64,000 nucleotides of DNA from Octopus vulgaris (lineage: Eukaryota). The notes beneath the pieces are model-generated. The model had not been told where the DNA came from and made no database searches. It saw only the letters and a program-made list of their open reading frames with translations. The translations under genes were made by a program, and so were the position numbers. The stretch is from the NCBI GenBank assembly GCA_951406725.2, contig OX597820.1, forward strand, positions 3,968,001 through 4,032,000. The letters are read 5' to 3'. This document shows, piece after piece, positions 50,754 to 63,667 of the stretch. How positions within the stretch are numbered: the stretch's first letter is position 1; every line of letters begins with the position of its first letter.

Positions 50754-52659
50754 ATGGCTGAATCTATTGGTGGCACCAATGCCTTACCGCTTGGCAAGAA
50801 AACGAGGAAACGTCCGACAACTGAACTGCTTTTAAAATCAGATGCAAAGTTACCCCAAAAGCAAAATGTTAAAGAAAAATCTTCTGAACAGGAAATACCT
50901 GCTGAATCATCAGGTTTGTTTGCTAGTTTGTATTTGGTCTGAGGACAAATGAAATAATTGGTCTCTTAAATAAAGATTGTATATTTGACTGGAGCTGGCA
51001 AGGCTGGAGAGCTGTGCCAGGCTTCAGCCATATGTTTTGGCTTGGTTTCTGTAGCTGGATGCCCTTCCTAATGTCACCCACTTTACAGAGTGCTCTGGGT
51101 GCTTTTTATGTGGTACCGGCATGGGTACTTTTTACATGGCACTAGAACCAGAGGGGGTCACTGAGTAACTTGCAAGACAAAGACCCCTTAGTTGAGAGAA
51201 GGAGTGAAACTGAGGGAAGTAATTGTGTGCCAGGAGAGGGGTTAGGGTATGATAGAGGGACAGGGAGAGTTGTCTTACTATAGAGGAGATACTTGGCCAT
51301 CTTAGTAAGACAAAGAAGGAAGGAGGGAGAGATTTAGAGTGAAAAATAGAGAAATTGTCAAAGAGAGAGAGAGAGTGAAGTAGATGGTGCTGGAGATGTA
51401 ATGGGGCCTACCTAATCCCAGTGTGTGACACTTAAAATTGTCTACTGCTCTGTTTTACTTGTGGTTGAAACTATGGCGGTCTCTAAAATGGATTGTCTGT
51501 TTTCTGTGTGGTAGACTTGAGCTTCAAGAAGTAATCAGTAATATATTAACATCTTTTATCTTTTCCACTTGTTTCAGCCATTAGACTGTGGCCATGCTGG
51601 GGCACTGCCTTGAATTTTTAGCTGAATAAATTGACCCCAATACTTTTTCTTTAAGCCTGGTACTTATTCTGTTAGTGTCTTTTGCCAAACTGCTAAGTTA
51701 TGGGGATGCAAACACACCGACACCATTTGTCAAGCAGCAGTGGCAGAGAAATAATGCAGACACCAAATGAACAAACACAGTTATAAATATATACAACAGG
51801 CTTCTTTCAGTTTCTGTCTTCCAAATCCATTCACTAGGCATTGCTGGCCCAAAATGCCATGCAGTAGGACTGAACCTGGAACCATGTGATTGAGAAACAA
51901 ACGTCTTACCACAAAGCCACTCCAGTGCCCATATAATATATATTATGAATATATTCCGATACATTCGAGGGAGTTGCTGAAAAGTTCTTGGCTTTAGGTA
52001 AAAGAAAATAGAGGAGGATCAGTTAATTATGATTTTGTTGAACATATTTCCTTTCCAGATCCACACAGTCCTTCAGTTTTTCAAAGTCCTGTAAAGAAAT
52101 TCAGAAGATTGGGTCTCCGACAAGGCCTTTCGCGATACCCTTAAAGCCTGGAACTTTTCAGTACTCCCACATGTATTATTATATATAGATGATAATGATA
52201 AAGTCTGAAATTATTTACAGTGTTCTTTTTTTGTATTATTTTTATTATCTAGACAGTTCCATTTCTGATGAAGATGGACTGGATTACCATAGTTCAGAAA
52301 GTTCTGAGAGTTCTGAATCTTCAGCCTCTTCAAAACATTTGCCTGGTCCTGAAGCTGGTTCAGAAACATCAGAAGAAACAGACAGTTCAGATTGTTCTGA
52401 CAGCTCAGACGATTCCAACAGTTCATCTGAATCGGATATCGAGGAATTAATTAAAAGGATAAAGTCAAATCGTACACATATTGAAGAATTCAATAAAGGC
52501 TTTTTAAACAAAAATAGTCTGGATACGACCAAGAATCTTCCTCTATTTAGTCACACAATATGTAACCCCTTATTTCATAAAAAGGTACCAAGTAGTTTAA
52601 GTGAAACCAAAAAGAAAAGAAGAAGCAGAAGTCAAATGGAAAAATTGGCTGAATCTTAA
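50754..52659 (+). CDS. Candidate uncharacterised 188-aa protein; join(50754..50913,52253..52659); basic N- and C-termini with a Ser/Asp/Glu-rich core
   Basis: Acceptor TTTTTGTAG|50722, AAAATGG start context, donor CAG|GTTTGT, pyrimidine-rich acceptor TTATCTAG|52253; the phase-1 junction keeps frame with ORF 52189..52659. Confidence 0.6.
51966..52171. mobile_element. mariner-type MITE
   Basis: TIRs GGGAGTTGCTGAAAAGTTCTTGGCTTTA / TAAAGCCTGGAACTTTTCAGTACTCCC. Confidence 0.65.
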
Positions 52660-53463
52660 TTTTTTTTTGTTTTAATCATGACTTCTAGGCTTAATTCAAA
52701 GCAGTTAAGTTTGGGTTTTTTTTTACCAAATTTCTTATTTACGTGCCTTTGTAAGCTAAGATTACAATGAGTTAATCATATTTTGTTGCTACAAAATTCA
52801 TAGAGAATAATGTTAAAACTCTAGCTAAACAGACATTCCTGTAATATCTCTTGAGTAGGGAACTAAAGCTGAAAATCAGGATTGTTGTCATGGAAATATG
52901 AATTAAAAGCCTTCCCATATAAAACGACACATTCATAGCAATGCAACATTTATAGAACAGTTTCAACAACGAACATATTGCAGCCCAAAGACCATCCAAT
53001 GAAGAAATACTCCTTTGGGGGTACAAGACATTTTGGCACAGCTGTATTGGCAGCGCCTGTTTGGCATCCCTGATTTGATGCTGGCTTATTTAACATCACA
53101 CGTTTCAATTTCTCTCCTTCCTCTTCTGCTCTCCTTCCTCTTCTGCTCTCCTTCCTCTTCTGCTCTCCTTCCTCTTCTGCTCTCTCTCTCTCTCTTTATG
53201 TGTGTATCTTTCTTTATCTTTTCTTTTTTATTTGTTTCAATCCTTAGACTGTGGCCATACTGGGGCATCACCTTGAACAATTTTAACTAAAACAAACTGA
53301 ATCCGGTACTTTTTTGTTTTTTTGAAGTCTGGTACTTATTCTATCAGTCTCTTTTGCCAAATTGCTAAGTTATGGGGACGTAGACATGCCAGCACTGGTT
53401 GTCAAACATCGGTGGAGAAGAAGCAGATGCAAAGACATACGTGCATATATCTACCTTGATAAT

Positions 53464-53682
53464 CCTTTCTGTTATAGGCACAAGGCCTGTAATTTTTTGG
53501 GGGGAGGGGGTCCAGTCAATTAGATCGACCCCAGTACATAACTGGTACTTAATTTATCAACCCCCAAAAAGATGAAAGGCAAAGTCAACCTTGGCGGAAT
53601 TTGAACTCAGAACGTAAAGACAGACGAAATACCGCTAAGCATTTCGCCTGGCATGCTAACGATTCTGCCAGCTTGCCACCTT
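53464..53682 (-). mobile_element. tRNA SINE with family B head and alternative tail; flanked by CTTGATAAT repeats
   Basis: Same head and core as the 20509 copy but with tail AGGCACAAGGCCTG...; related copies at 56140-56488. Confidence 0.78.
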
Positions 53683-54693
53683 ATATATATCTTGATAATA
53701 CTAAAACTTAAGGGATGTTTGTGTGTAACTGAAATATCTCAGAAATAGCATATTTTATCTTAATTCTTTTACATATTTATTTTCATACTTACCTTTGGCA
53801 GCGCAGTACAAATTTTTGTGATATTTGAACCTCTATTTAAACAATTAAACACAATATTTATTATTTCTTGATGATAAAAATACCTGGCTTCCATGACGTC
53901 AACACACAGACAGAATACACACACATATAATGAATGTCAAGGTATGTCAATCAACACAAACACCTGTTCACTATCTGTGACATATACACACACATTGTCT
54001 TCGCACTATCTAAGAAGAAAAAATAACCGTCGACTTTTTGATGTAGGCAATATTTTAATCATTTGGAAATATTTTTAACTGAATGAGATTTCATCCTCCG
54101 GAATTCATTAATTTCCTTAAAGAGTTTTTTTTTTTTTTATTTACTTTTGTTTTGAAGTAAAAGAGAGGAGAAAGTGAAAGATGTATTAGAAATGGACATG
54201 CGTGTGTGTGTGTGTGAAAGAGAGAGAGAGACAGACAGAGAGAGAGAGGAAGAGAGAGAGAGAGACAGTGAGGAGGAAAGGGGTGTGTTGTCATGTATAC
54301 GTACATACATCAATACATATGCGTACATCTTGTATATACGTGAGCATGTGTGTGTGAGTGAACGTGTGTGTTCTCATGTATGTGTAAGTGACACACACAT
54401 TTTCTCTCTCTCTCACATCCACGTCTATGTCATACACACGTTCATACACCTTTCACTTTCTCTTCTCTTTCACTTTGAAATAAAATTAAGGTAATTTTTC
54501 AGGATAAAAACTGTTTCAAATAACCTTCTACCCGTGTAAATAGATTACCATTCCTTGGATAGTTCCAATGAAATAAGTCCAGAAGTTAGGTTAAATATAA
54601 AAAAACATGCTTAAGTACCGTGAATTCCTATTTTACAAACTGGCAAACATTTCTGTGAATACTTTCCTGGGCAAGGCTGGGTACTAATTCTAG

Positions 54694-54725
<32 letters not shown>

Positions 54726-55081
54726 TGCAAAGACATACGTGCATATATATGGTTTTGGTATCCAGAAGACCCAAAAGGCAGGTACGGCTATGTAAGTGCT
54801 ACAGAAGGACCACTGTTAAACTCCTGGTTCAATAACAGCATGAGCAAGGAGTCTAAGGCAAGTCATGTATGAGCATGTATATGTTACATAAAATGAGACA
54901 ACAAAGCCAAGATGCTTTGCTAGTCACCAAGGGTGTTAATAAATCCTCTTTAGAATGAATTAGGAAAGATCTGCACAAATTCTTCTCTAATCTCAACCTA
55001 TCCATTACCTTGGAAAATTCCCATAAAACCACTAATTTTTAGATGTTACTTTAAACTTAAAAACATCCCAATACTCCCCGT

Positions 55082-55344
55082 CAGTGGCAGACTGGCCAAG
55101 TTGCCAGCTTGCCCGATGGCAAGTGGCCCCTGTGCCATTATAATCCATATATGGGGGCTCATGTTAGTATCTAAGGGGCCCATCCCCTCAAGTTTGAGAA
55201 TTTTTTATTCACTCCTGGAAGAATGCATTATTTCCGCCTGGCTGTGTTTGTAGACAGTTGAAGAGAATACTTAAAAAAAATAAATGATAGCATTGTAATT
55301 GTAGTCTCCGGGCAACTAATATTTTTAGACCCAGTCCGCCACTG
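55082..55344. mobile_element. hAT-type MITE
   Basis: CAGTGGCAGACTGG / CCAGTCCGCCACTG TIRs; flanks CTCCCCGT / CTCCCCAA (degenerate 8-bp TSD). Confidence 0.7.
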
Positions 55345-56487
55345 CTCCCCAAATCATAAAACCACCCAGTGCCTTAAGTACTTAAACATTTATTCCCATC
55401 ACCACAAATCCACTTTGACAAATTTGACCATATACCTGGCACTCCACTGGTAGAGCGGTGCCATGCTATAGAGAAAAATAAGCCCAAGGCTATAGACGCT
55501 TACCCAAGGTGCCACACAGTGGAACTGAACTCAGAACCACACAGCTACGCTTCTCCTTATGTGCATGAAGAGAGGGAAAGTGTTTGTGCCAGCCATTTTC
55601 AATTAATAAATTGTTAAGACTCTCTCTCTCTCTCACTCTTTCTTCTTGTATATTTCTACATATATGTGTGTGTGTGTGTGTTTGCCTCCAGTGCTAAAAA
55701 CTACTGTTGCCAAAACAGACTGAATGTGCTGACTGCCAGGCCAAACCGTTTCCATGCCAACAGCTGTGCCGCATAATCTCATTCCAACAAAATGTATCTA
55801 TACATCACCAAATTGCTGAATGAAAAGACTATAGAACATAAACCATTCTTTTCTCTTAGAAATGGGAAACCTGCTTTTGTAGTGAATTGATTAGGGGCCA
55901 GAACAAAAGAACATTCTCCAGAGAAGTTATAGGCTACTGTACAACATTTCAACTGTTTATTATGAAATATCAACTAATATTATAAAATGTGAACATATAT
56001 TATATTTAAAGACCATGTGAAATATATGTAATCACTACATGTAAGCACCACATGAAAGATTATGAATATTTGATATAAATGACAAATTGTATTTATTTAT
56101 ATTAAAAATTATATTTCAACATTATATTTGAGTTAATTATATTCTTTTTTACTCTAGGCACAAGGCCTGAAGTTTTTGGGGAGGGGTGCAGTCAATTAGA
56201 TCGACTCCAGTACGCAACTGGTACTTAATTTATCAACCCTGAAAAGATGAAAGGCAAAGTCAACCTTGGCAGAATTTGAACTCAGAATGTCGTAACAGGT
56301 GAAATATAGCTAAGCATTTTGCCCGGCATGCTAACGGTTCTGCCAGCTGGCCACCTTTAAATATTCTTTTCTATTCTGGGTACAATGCTCGAATTTTTTG
56401 AGAAGTGGGGGGGGGGGGGGGCAGTCGATTAGATCGACCCCAGTATACAACTGGTACTTAAATTATTGACCTTGAAATGATGAAAGG

Positions 56488-56792
56488 CACCAGACTATCA
56501 CTCTTTGGTGCCACGAAAGAGGGTTTGAGAGGCAAGCATTATTCCAGTGACGAGGAAGTGAAAACTGTAGTGAAGAAGTGGCTCAAAGAACAGTCAACAG
56601 AATTTTACAGGACAGGGATACATGCTCTCATTTGAAGGTGGAACATTATTATTGAGAGAAACGGTGACTATGTTGAGAAGTAGGGATGTGATCCACAGAG
56701 GACCAGCTTCATTTTGATGTATGATACATGTTCCTGTGTTGGTAATTATACCTGTCCTAAAGAAAATGGCATTATTTTTTGACTCACCCTCG
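56488..56792 (+). mobile_element. mariner transposase C-terminal relic with 3' TIR
   Basis: DYH-LFGATKEGLRGKHYSSDEEVKTVVKKWLKEQSTEFYRTGI...RW...NGDYVEK*; ends CACCCTCG|TA. Confidence 0.85.
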
Positions 56793-57473
56793 TAGAATTC
56801 CTTGTGCTACATTTTTGGTTTTATACTTTGAATTGAAACCCTGCCCAGGCAAAATTTGCCTTTCATACATTCAAAGATAACAAAATTACCAGGATGAAGG
56901 GGGATGGGTTAGGCTGAGGTAGGTTTGAAAAAAATTCATGTGCTGGTTCCACAAAAAAGCACCCAGGATACTCTGCGAAATGATTTACATTAGGAAGGGC
57001 ATCCAGCCTTAGAAACCATGCCAACATATCTGAAGATACGGAAGGCTTTTAAACAGTGTTAGCATTAGTCAACATCAAGAGAAAGGTTTCATCTTTGAGC
57101 ATCTCCTGCAGTTTATACATAAGAGTGAAATAAACGTCTGATATCGACACACACAAATATATACTCACAAATATACACATACATACATGTAAGTATATAT
57201 TACACGTGCGTGTATTCTTTAGCGTTACTAGAACTGCCTAATCCATTGTCAAGACTGAAATTTATAGAAGATTTTTTTTCTGGGGTCATCCTAATGTGGG
57301 TAAACTGATAATGTTGAACATCACTATATTGTCCAATGGACCCAAGCCCATGTCGAAGACTGTCCGGGTCGGGTGTTTTTACCCAGGCCTCATTGCTTTC
57401 AAAAAGAAATGTTTTTTTTTGCGTAGAGTATTATTTCAGGCTACACAATTTATGAAACTTAGAAAACATAATT

Positions 57474-57893
57474 GGGCGATCTTTCGTCTCTAGTAGACCT
57501 TTCCGTCGATTTCCGTAAAAAATTTTTTTTTTTTTTACATATGGGCTTGCAGGAACTTTTGAAGTAATATACATACATATACACATACACCGAGTAAAAA
57601 ATTTCAGTTATCTCTTCTTTCACACATTACTCTGTCTCTTCACACATACTAATAGAAGCACTTCACTTACACAACATACTGTCTGTCTCCCACACACCAT
57701 CAAACACACACACACATATACATCAATGCTCCCATGCATGGTAACTTAAAAAGAACTTCCCTCGTCATACAATCGCTTTCTCTTAGTCTCTTTCGCTCTC
57801 ATTACTTCAAAAGTTCCCGCAAGCCCATATGTAAAAAAAAAAAAATTTTTACGGAAATTGACGGAAAGGTCTACTAGAGACGAAAGATTGCCC
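57474..57893. mobile_element. Non-autonomous DNA transposon with ~95-bp near-perfect TIRs
   Basis: GGGCGATCTTTCGTCTCTAGTAGACCTTTCCGTC... mirrored at 57801-57893; flanked by ATAATT on both sides. Confidence 0.85.
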
Positions 57894-58176
57894 ATAATTG
57901 TAATGGCAAATTGCAAAATATTTTTCCTGGTGCTTGAATGAATATTTCCTTCAACTGCCTTTCTGTATTAATAATTTAAAAAAAAATATGAACAATTGCA
58001 GCGTGGAAGGTGCTGCACGGAATTTTGTCAGTGAACAAGTCGAGGTCTCAAAGCGACGAAAATATTTTGACAAATTAAATTTAAATGTTGAAGTGAAAAA
58101 TCTAACGGTTTTGTGTGTTTCTTAAATGGCTTCCATGCTGCAATTGCTTTTGTTTCAGCACACAAGGCTTGAAACT

Positions 58177-58705
58177 CATCATCATCATCATTGTTCGACT
58201 GTGGTCGAGACAATGGAATTTACCATGCTACGCCAGACTTCACGGTCCATCATGGCATTACGGAGGTCCTGTTGCTGGATGCCTGTATCCCTGGAGATTA
58301 CATCAGGGTAGGAGAGTGTGTGCCCTCTGGTATTGCGAGTAGATGGCTTCCAGAGGAGAAGAGTAGAAATTACCTCTTTTTCAGCTCTACAACAATGTCC
58401 AGCAAACTGGACTCTCCTACCTTTCACAAGAGATGACACAGGTGGTAGTTTCCCATATATTTGCATTTTGGTTGGATGGCGCTTCCACGAGAGATTTTGA
58501 GCTCTCATAAGGAGGCGAGTGTAGGTTCCATCCAACCGCCTCTCAAGCTTCTTTGATAACGTCCAGGTTTCTGAGCCATATAGTAGGATTGGTTCGACTG
58601 TGGCTTTGAATATTTCAAGTTTGAAGTCTCTACTTAGATTTGATGACCAAATCTTATGCATCTCATTACAGGCTGACCAGGCCATACCCTTTCTAGTTAG
58701 AAAGT
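58177..58705 (-). mobile_element. 5'-truncated LINE (RTE-like C-terminal ORF, (TGA)n tail) with 9-bp TSD
   Basis: ORF 58188..58685 ILLYGSETW...RRVQFAGHC; TSD CTTGAAACT at 58168 and 58706. Confidence 0.9.
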
Positions 58706-61430
58706 CTTGAAACTACTCTAGCATAAAGAACTACAGAAGGGGAAAAGAATGGGTCAACAAATCCAAAGGATACCAATTGACAGAAAGCTTAAAGGATTGA
58801 ATATCACTGACCAGAAGAAAACAAGACAACATTATTGAGTTCCAGAAAACAGCTGTTGGAGGAAAGAAGTTGTTAGAATAAAAAGACTTATGACTTACAG
58901 GAAGCTCAACGAAGAAACTACGAACCTGGTGGTACGTTTAAAGGTTTTCACAGAGGATACAAGTCCAGAGGGTTCGTCAGAGCAATGACCATGGAAATAG
59001 TTGTAGAAAAGACAACGAAAATACATTCTGACGACGAGCCAAAGAAACAGCTTTGTACAGCTCTCACGATTTGTAGACGTGGGCTTCCTTCACATCAATT
59101 TAAGCAACCTCCTCTTAAACATATTGAATTGGGAACTTCAGTCATTTAAGTTTCACCGGAAACAAAACACAGACATCATGAATTTTATGGAAACTGAGCT
59201 ACAACCATAATATGATTGAGGAAATTCAATAATAAGTGCCTATAGCAAAGCTTAGGGTTAGGGGCAAAGGGCGCGGTCTGCTCCGGGTCACACTTTTATA
59301 AAGGCATTACTTTTGGAGTCTGGTGGATAATTCTGCACAGGCGACAAACTTAGGGGTTATCTCAGGCAGCACATGTCCAAGCAACGCCACTGGACAGCCC
59401 AGAATATATTGGGAACATTTCACCCTCTTTCATTTCGGTCGTATTATTGTAGAATTGCCAAAAAGAATCTACCACCAGTGAAATAATTGTATGAAAAGTA
59501 GCGAAAATCTAAGATTATATCAACATGAATCATATTGGTTTTGGAAATGAAGGCGGGGGAAATAGTAGGCCAGAATTTTGTCTAAAAATAGAGGATGGTA
59601 AGAAAAATGTATAAGCCTCGAAGGAAAAAAAAAAATGATAAACATCTTCAGTTAATAGCAATACCTATACGAGACCAGTTTAATTAATTATACTAAATAG
59701 TTACCGCTTATCAATATTTTACAGTCTGCATTGAACAAGTATAAATTTGTCTGAAACATTTGTGTTATTTTATAACTAATCTTTAAAGAACTGCTGCGAA
59801 AACATAGGCAAGTGCAGCAAAACCGTAGACACGTAGAAATATATTTAATTTTTCTGAATTATCAAAACTATTTTGATGTTCCTATGTATCTCACAGAACA
59901 GACTTTCAGCTCTATAAATCGTTGCTGTTGTTCAGACCGAAGTTAACCTCAATCGACCAAACCTATTTTTAAAGACATTCAAATGGTGACCATTCTTGTC
60001 TTATCGTAAAAAGGACTAACATTTCCTTTGTGTTCTTGTTTATTTCTGTCTGTCGGTGGTGTGAAATACGAGGAAGAGAAAGAATTCGGCTGTTTTCCTT
60101 CGCTGGTTATTAGTTTGGCTCGATTACGTAAAATTTAATGGATGGAAATAAACAACCATGTTAGTACAGATTAGTAAAAAGAGAAATAAACTCTTATTTG
60201 TTTGCAGTCAAAGAAGTTATCTTTTAAAGATATATAGGTCTTGACGTGCTTATCAGAGAAACAGTAAATTCTTTGTTATCTCCCGAAGTTATGTGCCGCC
60301 TTGGTTCTAGTGGTTTTCTATACTGTAAACCTAGTTCCTACGAAATCTGTCACCGCAATTTAGTGAAAAGAGCTCGTTAATTATTGAGAAAATTAGTAAT
60401 AAAAATGTTTTGAACATTTTTTAAAAAGGAAACTATTTAAGGAAAGTAAACAAATTAACATTTACCACCCTAACCGTGAGCTTTATCCTCATCCTAAACC
60501 TTAACCTTAACTCTAACCCTAAGCTTTAACCTGACCCGAAATGGTATCCATTAGTTACTATTGGAACATATACGAATTATAAATTATGATTTTCCATAAT
60601 CTATGATGGGTTTTATCAGCCAAAATTACCGAAAAACAAACGGAATCTTTAAAGGTTCACAACATTTTGCTATCAATTTCTCAATAAAAAAAATGACTGT
60701 GGTTTTCTCAATTGGCACGAAAACCACAACCATTTCTTTGTGGAGCTTTTCAATAAAATCGAACAATAAGCACCAAACTGAAAAGTTCCAACATCAGTCT
60801 GTCGAGAAACAAGGTACTGAAAGGGCTCTGAATTATGAAGAGTTCTACTTTTATATACAGTTTTTACATTAATGATACTCAAACGGTGCGCTGTGGGGAA
60901 GAGATGCCCCATAAGGGGAACTTTTTGAGGCGACCGCCCGGAGCAGCACTTCCGTTTGTCGCCCCCGGATCCCACAAAAACCACATGTTGTCTACAACAA
61001 TAGCCTACAACAGGATGAAAAATGCCATCCCTTTAAAAGTGCTGCCCCTATAGCCCCCCCCCCCCCGCTAGTGTGAGGTGGGCCACGGATTTTAAAAAAA
61101 TATAATTTTAACATGGATTTTAGAAACTCCGTACCCATGCTTGAACGCCGGAAAAAAACAAACATCCAAAGATGATGTAACATTACAAAAGGATGATAAT
61201 GCAACACTTGCAAATGTAAGAGGAAGAAAACGAAAAATCAGAAATTATACATTAGCCCCTCCCCTGATTGAATTTTACCTGTACAGATCTCACCTGGTCT
61301 GCGATGGCTAGTTCTTTTCGTTGTCGCTCGCAATTTCAAATTTTAGATGACAAAAGCCTTACTCTTCCGTCTTCTGTTAAAAATAGTAAAATGTCCAACC
61401 AGAATTCCTGTCGGATAAGAAGATCGTTTA

Positions 61431-62060
61431 GCAGAGGTTCTCGACCATTTTTTTTTTTCTTTTTACTATGGACCCCTTTGATTACTATTTCATTCTGGTG
61501 GACCCCGCCATATTCATTCGATGCTTAAAAACTGCTTTTACAGAAACTTCTGTTTTGTTTTTCTCACACTTGTGTAGGTTCAACTCTGTAAAATGTTAGA
61601 GAAAGAAACCCAGCTGTTTCTTGCAATACATCCCAATTATGTACATCGAAAGCAAAATATTTTCAGGGGCCCCTAAAAAAATACTATTGTGGATCCCCAA
61701 TTTACTAATTTGTTATGTGGCCCCCTCCAAATCCTATATAGACCCTCGGAACCCAGTTGAGAAACCCTTGGTCTCAGTGGTTCCCAAAGAGCGGGCAGTA
61801 CTGTCCCCTTAAGGGCGGTGGAAAGATCCGACTCTGAAGAAAAGTGGGATGATGATGGGGTGGCCAAAATGGGATGTTAGATGTAAAAACAAAAATATCA
61901 ACAGGTTAATTAGGTTTAGGTTTTATTTGTGAAATACGGTTGTTTTGAATTTGCTGCAGAAAATGGTCTATATTTGTGGTGGGGGAAGGTGAAGTGGGGC
62001 GTTAGGAATGTGTCCCGGGTGTCAAAGGCGCGGCAGCCTGAAAAAATTTGGGAACCACTT
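61431..62060. mobile_element. Two adjacent hAT-like MITEs
   Basis: CAGAGGTTCTC...GAGAAACCCT and CAGTGGTTCCCAAA...TTTGGGAACCACT ends. Confidence 0.5.
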
Positions 62061-62509
62061 CGTTAAATAGTGGCAAATGAATTTTGAACTAAATTGATGT
62101 ATTGCAATGACCCACGTTTAGCAGATGATCAAAGGCAGTCAATCCGTGACCATCCATAATGTTATTGTTTAATAACTTCATTGATTCGTGTTGGATCGAA
62201 GTGGTGCGGCTGGTAACGATAGCGACATTGTTTGTTGAGCGCAGATCTTCTCCAACAAAACTGGTTTCGAATTAAACACAGGTACAACAACATCAAAACA
62301 CTGGAAAGAGCAGAAATGTTCAAATATTCACGTTCAAGCATTTAAATTTCCATCAGCGTCAGTTAAAACGATCAAAGATTGCAGGTTTTATGGCTGCGTA
62401 TTTCAGAAGTTCATTAAGTGCATCGTCTGGAATTCAGGGTCACAAACAGATACGCGTGCGCGCCCCTAGGCACGTTGAGTAAGCGTTAAAATTTTTTTTA
62501 TGTCCGTAA

Positions 62510-63420
62510 TTACAATTTAACAAGTGGCAACATGTTGCATGTCAAATTAAGGTAAAAACGATATATTTTCAAGTGGAATAAATTATTTACATTTGACGGA
62601 TATTTGTCCTGATCTTGTTTTCTAACACAACAAACAAGCTGATATACCCTTCGGCCTTCATCGGGTGTCTTGCGAAAACTTCGAACCTGGGTTGTCATTC
62701 CTAAGATATTTTTCAATGTTATTATAATCATTCAGGTCACTGCCTGGAATCTTGGGGTTAGTAGCCTGCGCTCTTAACCACTACGCCATATGCCCATGAG
62801 CAATTATGTAGTGAATTTTTAGGGCTTATAAATCTAATATTCTCCTCTTATTCTTCCTTAATACCAGTTCCCATAGTCTACTCCTATCTGCACTCGGTCT
62901 GCTTAGGAGGTTGTTGTGTCCCAGCATATGTGCTGCTTCTTTTAGTTTTCGTATTTCCAGTGGTGTTCCCTGTCTATTATTTCAACTTCGTCCCACAGGG
63001 GGAGGTGGTCTCCATTTTCCCATACATGATCAGCTATACCCGATTTATCAATATCTCCCCATGTCACAGCTTTGCGATGTTCCTCTACCCTTATTTTGAG
63101 GGACGGCATGTTTCGCCTTTGTATACCCTACCACAGATGCATGGGATGGAGTACACCCAGTTTTTGGTCATGTTCTCTTCTGTTGGTGGTTTTACTCTAA
63201 GGAGATATTTGCAAAGTGTTGTATTACTCTTGAATACTCTCCTGACATTCATATGAGCCGCATATCTTTTGTATCTTTTCGGAGGGGCCTTTCACATTGG
63301 GTAGACAGACTGTAGACAGTTTATTGGCTTCTTCCTCTCTTTTCTTCATAGTTGGAGTAGAAAAGAAAAACATGCCGTCCCCTCAAAATAAGGGTTGAGG
63401 AACATCGCAAAGCTGTGACA
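62510..63420 (-). mobile_element. Penelope-like retroelement 3' part: GIY-YIG endonuclease relic, tRNA-like segment, hammerhead-like motif, inverted 5' segment
   Basis: Minus-strand translation with frameshifts: NWVYSIPCICGRVYKGETCRP/LKIRVEEHRK...SGIADHVWENGDH...RKLKEA; 63368-63420 is an inverted copy of 63062-63113. Confidence 0.85.
62735..62795 (-). other. tRNA-like (Pol III A-box) segment inside the Penelope 3' region; not a functional tRNA
   Basis: GGGCATATGGCGTAGTGGTTAAGAGCGCAGGCTACTAACCCCAAGATTCC lacks an intact T-arm; a related fragment lies at 24190-24232 (+). Confidence 0.6.
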
Positions 63421-63667
63421 CAGCAGTAAGAACCGAAGATGACCAATTTGTTAATAATAAATGTTCTTTCTAATCTCCATTAGAAAGACTTCGCTCGACC
63501 CCCACCACCATTTTCTCTCAAATTTGTTTATTAAAAATTTTTTTTTACCAAAAATCCCTGTTTTCGGATAGGGAGGTTCCGGAAAATTGCCAAAAGTCGG
63601 CATTGTGAAAATTCCCTCTCCCCCTTTCCACCCAACTTCTTCAATTTTGACTTTTTTCCGCAACACT

